A DNA stretch of 64,000 nucleotides from Comamonadaceae bacterium (lineage in GTDB: Bacteria; Pseudomonadota; Gammaproteobacteria; Burkholderiales; Burkholderiaceae_C). The translations under genes and the position numbers were made by a program. Shown in pieces: positions 19,804 to 28,516 of this stretch. A model generated the notes under the pieces. It did not search any database, was not told the origin of the DNA, and saw nothing but the letters and a program-made list of their open reading frames with translations. The DNA lies in NCBI GenBank assembly GCA_947447975.1, contig CANFLU010000004.1, positions 16,595-80,594 on the forward strand, written 5' to 3'. How positions within the stretch are numbered: the first letter of the stretch is position 1; every line of letters begins with the position of its first letter.

Positions 19804-20646
19804 CTAGCGGTAAATGCTAGCCGCACCGGAAGGACGGGTCTTAAATCGCTTGTGTACCCAGTAGTACTGGGCGGGGTCCTGATCAATCCAGTGTTCTATG
19901 CTTTGGTTCATGCGCAAGGTATCGGCGTGCAAGTCCTCGCTGGGGAAATCGTCCCAGGCAGCACTCAATCGCACCTCATAGCCACCAGGAACCAGGCGGC
20001 TGACCAAAGTGCAAACGCGCGCACGCCCGAGCTTGGCAAAACGTGCCAAGGCCGGCACGGTAGCTGCCGGCACGCCGAAAAAAGGTACCCATAGCGCACC
20101 ATCTGCCCCGAAATCCATGTCCGGCGACAAATGCAGTCGAATGCCTTTGCGCAGTCCGCGCAGCACGGGCTGAGGGCCATCTTTGCGGGCGATCGAGTAC
20201 ACATGGCCCGAGCGGTTGCGACCTTGTACCATCCATTGCTCGGCCCATACGTTGGAAAGCGGTACGTAAATACAGGCCGTTGTAATTTGCTGCAACTCGG
20301 TCAGTACGACCCCGCCGACATCAAGGCCCACCATATGGGGCGCCAAAAATATCAGGGGTTGCGGATTGTCCAGTTCGACCAAGGCACCTTCGAAGCGAAT
20401 GCGCTTACGCAGCAGCGCCACCGGTGCGTGCCATAGCCAAGAGCGATCGAGTAAAGACTGCGCAAAAAGCCGGAAGTGCCTGCGCGCAATCGTATTTCGC
20501 TGCGCCGCGTCCAAGTGCGTAAAGCAAGCGGCCAGGTTGGCCTGCACAATCCCGCGCCGACGCCTGGCCAACGCATACAAGACCATACCCAAACCATTAC
20601 CCAAGGCGCGCAATAGCGGCAGCGGTACATAAGCCAGCAATCGCAT
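19804..20646 (-). CDS. lipid A biosynthesis late (lauroyl/myristoyl) acyltransferase, LpxL/LpxM family, copy 2
   Basis: The core begins MRLLAYVPLPLLRALGNGLGMVLYALARRRRGIVQANLAACF and ends ...DPAQYYWVHKRFKTRP, the LPLAT/HtrB family pattern. I trimmed the 432-aa ORF to ATG 20646, because the upstream 150 codons overlap the neighbouring paralog. Confidence 0.85.
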   Translation of the reverse strand: MRLLAYVPLPLLRALGNGLGMVLYALARRRRGIVQANLAACFTHLDAAQRNTIARRHFRLFAQSLLDRSWLWHAPVALLRKRIRFEGALVELDNPQPLIFLAPHMVGLDVGGVVLTELQQITTACIYVPLSNVWAEQWMVQGRNRSGHVYSIARKDGPQPVLRGLRKGIRLHLSPDMDFGADGALWVPFFGVPAATVPALARFAKLGRARVCTLVSRLVPGGYEVRLSAAWDDFPSEDLHADTLRMNQSIEHWIDQDPAQYYWVHKRFKTRPSGAASIYR

Positions 20647-20663
20647 GAAAAGTATCAGTGGGT

Positions 20664-21500
20664 TCACGCAAGCGGCTCCTGGCGCGGCTGTTTGTAGCGC
20701 TCGTAGCCCCACAAATATTGGGAGGGGCGTTGGCGCACCAAGCCTTCCATGGCGCCATTGATGTGTGCCACCATGGCGTCCAGATCGATCTGCATATCCA
20801 CGGTAAGCCGTCGCCCATGGATGCAATAACCGCGACCCCAGGCTAAGCGTTCGCCCCAGACGACAACCACGTCGGCGCCAGTTTGCAAAACGAGTTTGGC
20901 AGCCAATGTCATGGTGTAGGCTGGTCGGCCCCAGACGGGCGACCACATACCCATACCCATGGGCGGCACCTGATCTGGCAAGAGTCCAATGGCCTCTCCC
21001 TTGCGCAAAGCCTTCAGCAATTTGCGTACGCCCTGCAAATTGGTGGGCACGGTCACCATGCCCTCGCGGCTGCGCGACGCTTGCAACATCGAGGCCAACC
21101 ATGCCTGGCGCGCCGGGCGATACAGCACCGTCATAGGGCCATAGCGCGCACCAAAAAACGCTGCTACCGTCGGCGCGGTGACTTCAAAACAGCCCAAGTG
21201 CGGAGTCAAAAAAATCACACCGCGCGCGCTCGCATAGGCCGCCTGAAAAACGTCCTTGCCATCCCACTGCACCCGAACCGGGGCACCAAACCACACACGG
21301 GGCGACTCCAAGACGCTGCAACCGGCCTGCCCGATGGCTCCCAGCGCCTCGCGCCAGCCGTAGCCGGCCTGGTGTAACTGGGTTCGAAAACGCCGGCGGT
21401 AATCTCGCGATAGACCATAGATGACATAGCCCAGCAGCCAACCGGCGCTATGCAAGAGCCACAGAGGGCAGCGCGAGAGCAGACGGATCAAAAATGGCAT
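20664..21500 (-). CDS. lipid A biosynthesis late acyltransferase, LpxL/LpxM family, copy 1
   Basis: 278 aa with an N-terminal membrane anchor, HLGCFE (the HX4D/E-like acyltransferase motif) and a C-terminal QYLWGYERYK. Confidence 0.85.
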   Translation of the reverse strand: MPFLIRLLSRCPLWLLHSAGWLLGYVIYGLSRDYRRRFRTQLHQAGYGWREALGAIGQAGCSVLESPRVWFGAPVRVQWDGKDVFQAAYASARGVIFLTPHLGCFEVTAPTVAAFFGARYGPMTVLYRPARQAWLASMLQASRSREGMVTVPTNLQGVRKLLKALRKGEAIGLLPDQVPPMGMGMWSPVWGRPAYTMTLAAKLVLQTGADVVVVWGERLAWGRGYCIHGRRLTVDMQIDLDAMVAHINGAMEGLVRQRPSQYLWGYERYKQPRQEPLA

Positions 21501-21507
21501 AGGGCTT

Positions 21508-21679
21508 TGCTAGAATGGAAGGGTCGCCGAGTTAAACGAGCAACTTGCAGGGCGACGACATGATCGACCGGCCTCGCCGGCCAATTGTGCCTTGTCCTTC
21601 GGGGCAAATCTGCTAAAGCGTTCGCCAGCTCCCGGGATTGGCAACGCATGTCAACCTCATATTTTTTAGGAGAGCAACG
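21508..21679 (+). promoter_or_regulatory. metK promoter (extended -10 TGcTAGAAT) and about 157-nt structured leader
   Basis: TG at 21508-9 followed by TAGAAT at 21511-16. Four hairpins can be drawn downstream: 21523-28/21551-56; 21568-72/21576-80; 21592-97/21602-07 with a UUCG loop; and 21618-26/21640-47. The SD is TAGGAGAG at 21667-74. Confidence 0.4.
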
Positions 21680-22858
21680 ATGGCGAACGATTTTCTTTTT
21701 ACTTCCGAGTCCGTGTCCGAAGGGCATCCCGACAAGGTGTCCGACCAGATTTCGGATGCGATTCTGGATGCGATTTTCAAGCAAGACCCCAAGTCCCGCG
21801 TGGCTGCAGAAACCCTTTGCAATACCGGTTTGGTGGTGCTAGCCGGTGAGATCACCACCAACGCCCATGTGGACTACATCCAGGTGGCACGCGACACCAT
21901 CAAGCGCATTGGCTACGACAACACCGATTACGGCATTGATTACAAGGGCTGTGCGGTACTGGTTGCCTATGACAAACAATCGAACGACATCGCCCAAGGC
22001 GTGGACCATGCCAGTGACGACCACCTCAACACCGGCGCCGGTGACCAGGGTCTCATGTTTGGCTACGCCTGCAATGAAACGCCCGAACTCATGCCCGCGC
22101 CCATCTACTACGCCCACCGCCTGGTGGAACGCCAGGCGCAGCTGCGCAAAGACGGGCGCCTGCCCTTTTTGCGTCCCGACGCAAAAAGTCAGGTCACCAT
22201 GCGCTATGTCAATGGCAAGCCGCACAGCATTGACACCGTGGTGCTTTCCAGCCAGCACAGCCCGGAGATGAGCAATGGCGCGACGATGAAGCAGGAGTTC
22301 ATCGACGCAGTGATCGAAGAAATCATCAAACCCGTGTTGCCCAAGGAGTGGCTCCAAGACACGCGTTACTTAGTCAACCCCACGGGTCGCTTCGTGGTCG
22401 GCGGGCCCCAGGGTGACTGCGGGCTGACCGGGCGCAAAATCATTGTGGACACCTACGGCGGCGCCTGCCCGCACGGCGGTGGCGCTTTCTCCGGCAAAGA
22501 TCCCACCAAAGTGGACCGCTCGGCAGCCTATGCAGCGCGCTATGTAGCCAAAAACATTGTCGCGGCCGGTCTGGCCACGCAATGCCAAATCCAGGTGGCT
22601 TACGCCATCGGTGTGGCCAAGCCTATGAACGTTACGGTTTATACCGAAGGCACCGGCGTGATCTCTGACGAGAAAATCGCTGCCTTGGTCAGCGAACACT
22701 TCGACCTGCGCCCCAAAGGCATCATCCAGATGCTGGACCTGCTGCGCCCGATTTACGAAAAAACCGCGTCTTATGGCCATTTCGGCCGCGAAGAACCCGA
22801 ATTCACCTGGGAGCGCACAGACAAAGCTGCCGCGCTGCGTGCGGCGGCGGGTCTGTAA
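21680..22858 (+). CDS. metK: S-adenosylmethionine synthetase
   Basis: [30 protein letters not shown]... is unmistakable MetK. I chose ATG 21680, preceded by an SD, over the ORF-track start 21638. Confidence 0.97.
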   Translation: MANDFLFTSESVSEGHPDKVSDQISDAILDAIFKQDPKSRVAAETLCNTGLVVLAGEITTNAHVDYIQVARDTIKRIGYDNTDYGIDYKGCAVLVAYDKQSNDIAQGVDHASDDHLNTGAGDQGLMFGYACNETPELMPAPIYYAHRLVERQAQLRKDGRLPFLRPDAKSQVTMRYVNGKPHSIDTVVLSSQHSPEMSNGATMKQEFIDAVIEEIIKPVLPKEWLQDTRYLVNPTGRFVVGGPQGDCGLTGRKIIVDTYGGACPHGGGAFSGKDPTKVDRSAAYAARYVAKNIVAAGLATQCQIQVAYAIGVAKPMNVTVYTEGTGVISDEKIAALVSEHFDLRPKGIIQMLDLLRPIYEKTASYGHFGREEPEFTWERTDKAAALRAAAGL

Positions 22859-22869
22859 AAGCCTCAGGC

Positions 22870-24120
22870 ATGAAGCTGCAGACACAACGCCTCATCGACC
22901 GCTGGCTGGGCCAGCTCCTTTGTGGCGTGGTGTCGGGCTGGGTGCGACTGGCTAGTAGTTGGCGCCAACCGGCGGCGATGCCGCAGGATGCGCGCCATGT
23001 TCTGGTCATTTTGCTGTCGGAGATGGGGAGCATTGTCCTAGCCGGGCCGATGTTTGCCACACTGCGCCAACGCTACCCCAAGGCTGCAATTCACCTATTG
23101 CAACTGAAAAAAAACCAAGAAGTTACCCGCTTGCTGTCGCTGACAGAAGCGGCGCATATGCATTCGATTGACGATAGCAGCGGCTTGGCACTGGTGGGCG
23201 ACATCCTGCGCGTAAGCGCAACACTGCGCGCCATCGGCATGGACGCCGTTATTGATTGCGAATTATTTTCCCGCGTCAGCGCGCTGCTGTCCTTCACCTG
23301 CGGGGCGCCCGTGCGAACGGGCTTTACGCCGCACACGCAAGAAGGTTTGTACCGCGGCAGCTTCATAAGCCATGCGATCCCCTACAACCCCTACCAGCAC
23401 ATTAGTTTGCAATTTTTGTCGCTGGTCGACGCCTTGCAGTCAGACAGCACGCCGCGCAACAAAGCAGGGGGCATTCGCCCGGTACCGCAAGATAGCGCCT
23501 TGTCCGTATCGTTCACCGCGGCAGAACTTTCGGCGTACCAGAAGCAATTAGGCCAAGACCATCCAAGTACGCAATCCAAACGCCTGGTACTTTTGTATGC
23601 CGGTGGCGGCATCCTGCCCGAGCGCGCTTGGCCGCAAGCGCACTATGCGCGGGTGGCGCAAGGTCTGTGCCAACGCGGCTACGCCGTTGGACTGATAGGG
23701 CTCAGAGACGATGCCGATTTGGCGCAGCATGTGAAAAGTCTGGTCGGCAGCGATTTATGCGTTGACCTGACCGGCTACACCCGCAGCATTCGCGAGTTAT
23801 TGATGCTGTTTTATGCAGCCGACTTGCTCATCACCAACGATGGCGGGCCAGGCCATTTCGCCACCTTAACGCCGATTCAAATCATGGTATTTTTCGGGCC
23901 GGAAACGGGCAAGTTGTATGGGCCGCTGGGTAAGCGCAATATCGTGCTCGAATCAGGCATAGCCTGCTCGCCTTGCCTGAGCGCTTACAACCACCGTCTG
24001 ACGTTTTGCGATGGGGACAACCAGTGCCTCAAGCGCATTGCGCCGGACCCGGTGCTAGACCAGGCCCTTGCCTTTTTGCAAGCGCATCCCAGCGCACAGG
24101 TGCCGGCGCAGCAATTATGA
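22870..24120 (+). CDS. glycosyltransferase family 9 (LPS heptosyltransferase-like)
   Basis: 416 aa with GT-B/GT9 architecture (HVLVILLSEMGSIVLAGP...; C-terminal LLITNDGGPGHFA... and CSPC). Starts 12 nt after the metK stop. Confidence 0.75.
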   Translation: MKLQTQRLIDRWLGQLLCGVVSGWVRLASSWRQPAAMPQDARHVLVILLSEMGSIVLAGPMFATLRQRYPKAAIHLLQLKKNQEVTRLLSLTEAAHMHSIDDSSGLALVGDILRVSATLRAIGMDAVIDCELFSRVSALLSFTCGAPVRTGFTPHTQEGLYRGSFISHAIPYNPYQHISLQFLSLVDALQSDSTPRNKAGGIRPVPQDSALSVSFTAAELSAYQKQLGQDHPSTQSKRLVLLYAGGGILPERAWPQAHYARVAQGLCQRGYAVGLIGLRDDADLAQHVKSLVGSDLCVDLTGYTRSIRELLMLFYAADLLITNDGGPGHFATLTPIQIMVFFGPETGKLYGPLGKRNIVLESGIACSPCLSAYNHRLTFCDGDNQCLKRIAPDPVLDQALAFLQAHPSAQVPAQQL

Positions 24121-24605
24121 TGGCCGCACCGCGCTGGCGAGAACGCCTGCTGGCGCTGCTGCGCTGGTTACTGGCAATCCGCTACGTCAAATTCGGCCTG
24201 GTCGGGGCCAGCGGCACGGTGGTCAATATCCTGGTGCTTTATCTGGGCCACGAGTATGTTTTTCAAAGTCTGGAGGGGGCCGAGGGCAAACCTTATGCCT
24301 CTCTGGCACTGGCAATTGCCGTGGCCACCGTCAACAATTTCACCTGGAACCGGCTCTGGACCTGGGCCGATCGCGTGGCGCGCGCACCTCAGGAAACGGA
24401 CACTGAAGCCCCACCGCCCTCCAAGCTGTCGGCGCAATTGGCCAAGTACGCACTGGCGTCCTGGTTCGGCATCGGCTTGCAATACGTGATCACCCTGTGG
24501 CTGGCCCACAGCATGCACTACATGCTCGCCAATGTGATCGCCATCATCATTGCCAGCCTCAGCAATTTTTTAGCCAACGACCGCTGGACCTTTCGCAAGC
24601 GCTAA
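24117..24605 (+). CDS. GtrA-family membrane protein (polyprenyl-phosphate-sugar translocation family)
   Basis: MMAAPRWRERLLALLRWLLAIRYVKFGLVGASGTVVNILVLYL...NFLANDRWTFRK shows the GtrA signature at both ends. ATGA overlap with the GT9 stop. Confidence 0.8.
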   Translation: MMAAPRWRERLLALLRWLLAIRYVKFGLVGASGTVVNILVLYLGHEYVFQSLEGAEGKPYASLALAIAVATVNNFTWNRLWTWADRVARAPQETDTEAPPPSKLSAQLAKYALASWFGIGLQYVITLWLAHSMHYMLANVIAIIIASLSNFLANDRWTFRKR

Positions 24606-24606
24606 A

Positions 24607-26409
24607 GTGTCACGCATGGCGCCCTCCTCACCGTCCCCTACAAGCCCTAACACACCCGCACTTTGGCCCTGGTGGGCCTTGTTTTTTTGCGCGATTGGGC
24701 TGTATTTTTTTGGGCTAGGCAGTCCTTATGCGCCGACCAATGGCGATGAAATGGTTTACATCCATATTGCCCGCCTGACTGCCGCTTCGGGGCACTGGCT
24801 GCCACTGGTGTCGGACCTCGAGCAGATGCGCAATACCAAGCCGCCACTCCTGTTTTGGCAAGCCATGGCCACTGGCGACTGGAGCGCTCAGGGCAGCTTG
24901 TTTTCTTTGCGTTGGCCCAGCGTCGTCTATACCTTGCTCAGCACGTCAGCGCTCGCTTGGATGACGCTGCGTATCAGCCGGCAATGGCGGACCGCCTTGC
25001 TGGCAGCGCTTATTTTTTTAGCCTTTTTCTCTACCTATCGCTACAGCCGGGTGTATCTGACCAGCGCGCCTGAAACCTTTTGGTTGGCATTGCCCCTTTG
25101 GTATTTGTTATGGCAACAAAGTGCGCGCCCCGAAAACGGGCTTGCCACAGCCACCTTGCCAGGCCCGCCGGGCCGATGGTCAGTCGCCGTTTATCTGTTG
25201 GCTGGCCTGGCGATGGGTATCGGGCTTTTGTACAAGTCCTTCGTATTGATCGTACCGGCCGCTGCCACGCTGGGCTGCGCCCTGTGGCTCAGCCAAGGGC
25301 GTCCACAGTGGAATACCTTCTTGCCCATCGCTTGGAGGGTGAGCGTATGCGCCAGCATCGCCTTGGGCGTGTTTGCCCTGTGGTTTGCGCTCGACCCTGA
25401 CCCGCAAGCGGTATGGCAAGAATTTGTGATCGGCGAAAACGCGGGCAAGTTACAGGCGGGTGGATATTTGCAGGCGGCATGGAGCGGGGACTACCCTCTG
25501 TGGCAACAAGCCCTCGCCTACCCTGAAAACGCGGGGCTTTTGCTGCCGGTGGGGCTGGGACTATGCTGGTACGGGCTGCAGGCCGCTTGGAAAGGCCATT
25601 GGCGCGCATGGGCAGCAAAGCCGCAAGCCACGCTCTTGATCTGGCTGCTCGTGTGGCTGCTGGTCTTTTGCATCCCAAGCCAACGCTCGGCGCGCTATGT
25701 CATTCCGGCGATGCCGGCCTTTGCGATCCTGATGGCGCTGTACTGGGAACGCTTGGCGCGTGGCTGGTTTGTCGCCGTGTTATCCATTAGCGCCGTGGCC
25801 TTGACGTTGCTGGCGCGCATTGCCTGGGTGATGCATGGCATGGCGATAGGTTCGGGCGCAGATTTATACCTAACGCTGAGCTTGGCCGCCCTCGGTCTGA
25901 CCGCCTGCGTAGGAGGATTGCTTTATGCCGCTTGGGCGCGCAATAGTGCACTAGCGGCGACGCTGGCGCTGTATGCCTGTTTTAGCGCCATGACGGTACC
26001 GCTTTCCGGGGTACAAGCGGGCTACAGCCAGGCTGTTCAGGCGCGCATGCATCAACTGCGCATTGCCGTGCCCAACGGCTTTAACGGGCAATACGAGCGC
26101 TTTGCCTTTTTGCTGGCGGGCAGTACCCTGGTGCCCTACGATGCCGAAAATCGCAACACCGCAAACCTGCGCCCGGATTTGCCGCCCGCAGAGCGCCTGG
26201 CCTATTTGCTGGAACGTTTTGATGCTGTGGTGTGGTTGGACAATGACAGCGCCAGCGAGGCATTGTCTTGTCTGCCTCGCTGCGAAGTACTGGCGCAGCG
26301 CTGGCATGTGAAAAGCCGCCACCGTGCCGGGGAGGTGACCCTCTCCAACTTGTGGCAGCCCCAGGAGTGGCTGTTCGGGAAGGAGCTTTTAATCATCAGC
26401 ACGCCCTGA
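24607..26409 (+). CDS. GT-C fold membrane glycosyltransferase, ArnT/PMT-like (GT39/GT83, PMT_2)
   Basis: 600 aa with many TM segments. The first periplasmic loop carries the DE motif (TNGDEMVYIHIARL) typical of ArnT/PMT enzymes. Starts 2 nt after the GtrA stop (GTG 24607, or ATG 24616). Confidence 0.78.
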   Translation: MSRMAPSSPSPTSPNTPALWPWWALFFCAIGLYFFGLGSPYAPTNGDEMVYIHIARLTAASGHWLPLVSDLEQMRNTKPPLLFWQAMATGDWSAQGSLFSLRWPSVVYTLLSTSALAWMTLRISRQWRTALLAALIFLAFFSTYRYSRVYLTSAPETFWLALPLWYLLWQQSARPENGLATATLPGPPGRWSVAVYLLAGLAMGIGLLYKSFVLIVPAAATLGCALWLSQGRPQWNTFLPIAWRVSVCASIALGVFALWFALDPDPQAVWQEFVIGENAGKLQAGGYLQAAWSGDYPLWQQALAYPENAGLLLPVGLGLCWYGLQAAWKGHWRAWAAKPQATLLIWLLVWLLVFCIPSQRSARYVIPAMPAFAILMALYWERLARGWFVAVLSISAVALTLLARIAWVMHGMAIGSGADLYLTLSLAALGLTACVGGLLYAAWARNSALAATLALYACFSAMTVPLSGVQAGYSQAVQARMHQLRIAVPNGFNGQYERFAFLLAGSTLVPYDAENRNTANLRPDLPPAERLAYLLERFDAVVWLDNDSASEALSCLPRCEVLAQRWHVKSRHRAGEVTLSNLWQPQEWLFGKELLIISTP

Positions 26410-26426
26410 GCCGATGGCTCATTCAT

Positions 26427-27140
26427 TCAATCACTAAGGCGTGCCCGGTAGCCGGCAATCGCGTACAGGTGTAAAGCGATAAACAACCAGGGGTCCAAGA
26501 CCGCGTCCCAGACATTGCCCGTTGGCCAGCGCGTCAAGGCAAATACGACCAGTGCCGCGAGCAAGGCCGGGGCGGGTGATTGCGCCATGAGCGAAAACCG
26601 CACGCCCTGCACCCAGGGCCATAAAGCCAACAGGAGCATCAGCGCAAAGGCCGGCGGCGAAAACCCCCAGCCGTACAAGGACACCGGTAGGTACGCAAAG
26701 CCGTCCAGCAGCAGCAGCCAGCCCAGTACCAAACCAAGAACAAGGTAAGGGTACTGCCGGCGTGGGCCGCGCTGTCCAGAATCGGCAAAGCCCGATACTT
26801 GCCTCATAAGCGCCCATCTACCTTGCGCTAATGACTGCCACAGGGTTTGCAGCGATAGGGCGATTGCCATCAAACTGGGCGTCTGAAAGGCCAGCCCCAA
26901 CCAATAGCTCAAACCCCAGGGGCCGGGAATGCAAGCCCACAGCGCCAGTGGCCAGGCCAGCAAACGGTAGCCTGCGCGCAACTGCGGCACTGCGCTGCGC
27001 CGCGATGCAGCGCTGAACAACGCAGCCAGCACCAATGCCCATCCAGCCTGCCTGATCCACGGCAAATACGTGTCCTGGGGCAACAACGGCGCAGTGTTCA
27101 GGACCCAATGCAGCAAGGCAGGGTCGTCAAGCAAGTTCAT
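26427..27140 (-). CDS. polytopic inner-membrane protein of unknown function, translationally coupled to the BNR protein
   Basis: About 237 aa, Trp/Leu-rich, at least 6 hydrophobic segments. I set the start at ATG 27140 (MNLLDDPALLHWVL), which overlaps the upstream stop as ATGA. The ORF-track start is 27233. Confidence 0.65.
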   Translation of the reverse strand: MNLLDDPALLHWVLNTAPLLPQDTYLPWIRQAGWALVLAALFSAASRRSAVPQLRAGYRLLAWPLALWACIPGPWGLSYWLGLAFQTPSLMAIALSLQTLWQSLAQGRWALMRQVSGFADSGQRGPRRQYPYLVLGLVLGWLLLLDGFAYLPVSLYGWGFSPPAFALMLLLALWPWVQGVRFSLMAQSPAPALLAALVVFALTRWPTGNVWDAVLDPWLFIALHLYAIAGYRARLSD

Positions 27141-28348
27141 GGACTTCCTTTGCCCGGCACGGCAGCTGCGGTTTCGACCCAGGAGAACCGCTGCCATGCG
27201 ATCGACTGGCGCTGGTCGGTGTAGCTCACCCAAAGCTGGCCATCGACCATGGCCATGGCCGGATACGAGTATTCGTGACCGGGCGGTCCATTTTCCAAGT
27301 CCACCAAGGTATTCCAGGCATGGCCGTCCATCGAAGACGCCATACGTAAGCGGTTACGACCGCTTTTTTGTGGGTTATAGACCAGTAAGTGCTGCCCCAG
27401 TGCCGTCAGCGTGGCGACGCTGGCGTCCGGGTTGTCCAGCGGTAAATCTCCGGCATCCGACCACCGATCACCGCCGTCGCGCGTGCGGGCCAAACGGATG
27501 CGACCGGCTGGCCCGCTATCGCGCATAAATGCAAGCCAATCGCGCCCCCCCATCGCGAGCAAGGCCGGTTGCAACATCTGGCCCTGCGTTGAAATCGGCG
27601 CGATACCGAGCAATGTACCCTGGGCGTCTAGACGCAGCGCAACAGGGTATTTCCGTGCCAATTCAAAGTAAGCGGGCAACACCATGCCCCCATCAGACAG
27701 GGGCAAAGGCGCAGTGCGCACCAGGTAGCTGGTATTCCACAGCCATGACAACGGCAGCACCGACACGGCTTTCCAAGCCCATGGCGCAGCAGGTGTTGGC
27801 GCCACTTGCTGCAAATGGACTACCCGCCCAGCCGCCCAGCCGCCTAAACCGGTCGCGACGACAAACAAATGGACCTGCCCCTGGCCATCGAGCCAGGCCA
27901 CCGGGTTGCCCAAGCGCCGGATCCCAAAACCGAGCTGCGACCCCACTTCCCAGCGGTCTACCACCATACGGGCGGGGGACCAACGACCGCTGGCACGGTC
28001 CAAAGCCGACATGGCGATCTGGACGTTGGGCGCACTCTCGCGGTCACCTGCAAACCAAAAAGCCAGCAAGGCCGAGGGATGCGTAGCGGGTAAGGCGACG
28101 AGTGCACTGGCGTGCGCGGCCGGCACGCCCGCGGGCATCGGGATGTGTCCGTGCCCCACCGGCTGCCATTGCCCGCCAGCAGGCGCGGCGTCGCCCGGCA
28201 TTTGCACGGAAACCGCACCTGGCGCGCGCGTGCCCGGATGCGCTGTTGGGGGTACCAGCTGCACACGCCGCGAAGCATCCACCAAGCACAAGGAAGCGGC
28301 GATGGTCAGCGCCACAGCAGCGCGCGACAAGCGAGGGAAAAAACGCAT
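27137..28348 (-). CDS. secreted/periplasmic BNR (Asp-box) beta-propeller protein, sialidase-fold family
   Basis: 403 aa with a signal peptide (MRFFPRLSRAAVALTIAASLCLVDA). Asp-box motifs are TRDGGDRWS and SSMDGHAWN, plus a weaker LDRASGRWS. The C-terminal YPAMAMVDGQLWVSYT is typical of exo-alpha-sialidase-like proteins. Confidence 0.72.
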   Translation of the reverse strand: MRFFPRLSRAAVALTIAASLCLVDASRRVQLVPPTAHPGTRAPGAVSVQMPGDAAPAGGQWQPVGHGHIPMPAGVPAAHASALVALPATHPSALLAFWFAGDRESAPNVQIAMSALDRASGRWSPARMVVDRWEVGSQLGFGIRRLGNPVAWLDGQGQVHLFVVATGLGGWAAGRVVHLQQVAPTPAAPWAWKAVSVLPLSWLWNTSYLVRTAPLPLSDGGMVLPAYFELARKYPVALRLDAQGTLLGIAPISTQGQMLQPALLAMGGRDWLAFMRDSGPAGRIRLARTRDGGDRWSDAGDLPLDNPDASVATLTALGQHLLVYNPQKSGRNRLRMASSMDGHAWNTLVDLENGPPGHEYSYPAMAMVDGQLWVSYTDQRQSIAWQRFSWVETAAAVPGKGSP

Positions 28349-28516
28349 TGCGACATCTTAGCGGTCGGGCTTGCAGCCACACCCATCTTGCGGCCAGGCC
28401 ATAGAAAAAGAACGCTAAGGGCTCGTCAGGGCAAACGCGCCACACACCGCGGCGCAGCTACTACACTGCGACGCTTTGGCCCATTACGCAGTCCGCGCGC
28501 GCAGGACGCTACCTCC

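Noticed and set aside
20647-21102. N-terminal 152 codons of the 432-aa ORF 19804..21102.
   Set aside because: This stretch overlaps the neighbouring acyltransferase gene in another frame and is low-complexity (Arg/Gly-rich). The acyltransferase homology only begins at MRLLAYVPLPLL (ATG 20646).
21517-21679. Calling the metK leader a SAM-II or SAM-I riboswitch.
   Set aside because: I could not match the conserved cores I remember (the U-rich loop plus AAAGCU pseudoknot strand of SAM-II, or the S-box GGCCC/GCAACC elements). I kept it only as an unassigned structured leader.
28112-28516. Upstream 135 codons of the 474-aa pirin ORF.
   Set aside because: It is antisense to the BNR gene and Arg-rich with no homology pattern. 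The pirin family N-terminus starts at ATG 28517. Similar trimming was applied to murC (43589), ddl (45040), rodA (53954), accB (61106), lysA (15250), metK (21638) and the RNB gene (54177).
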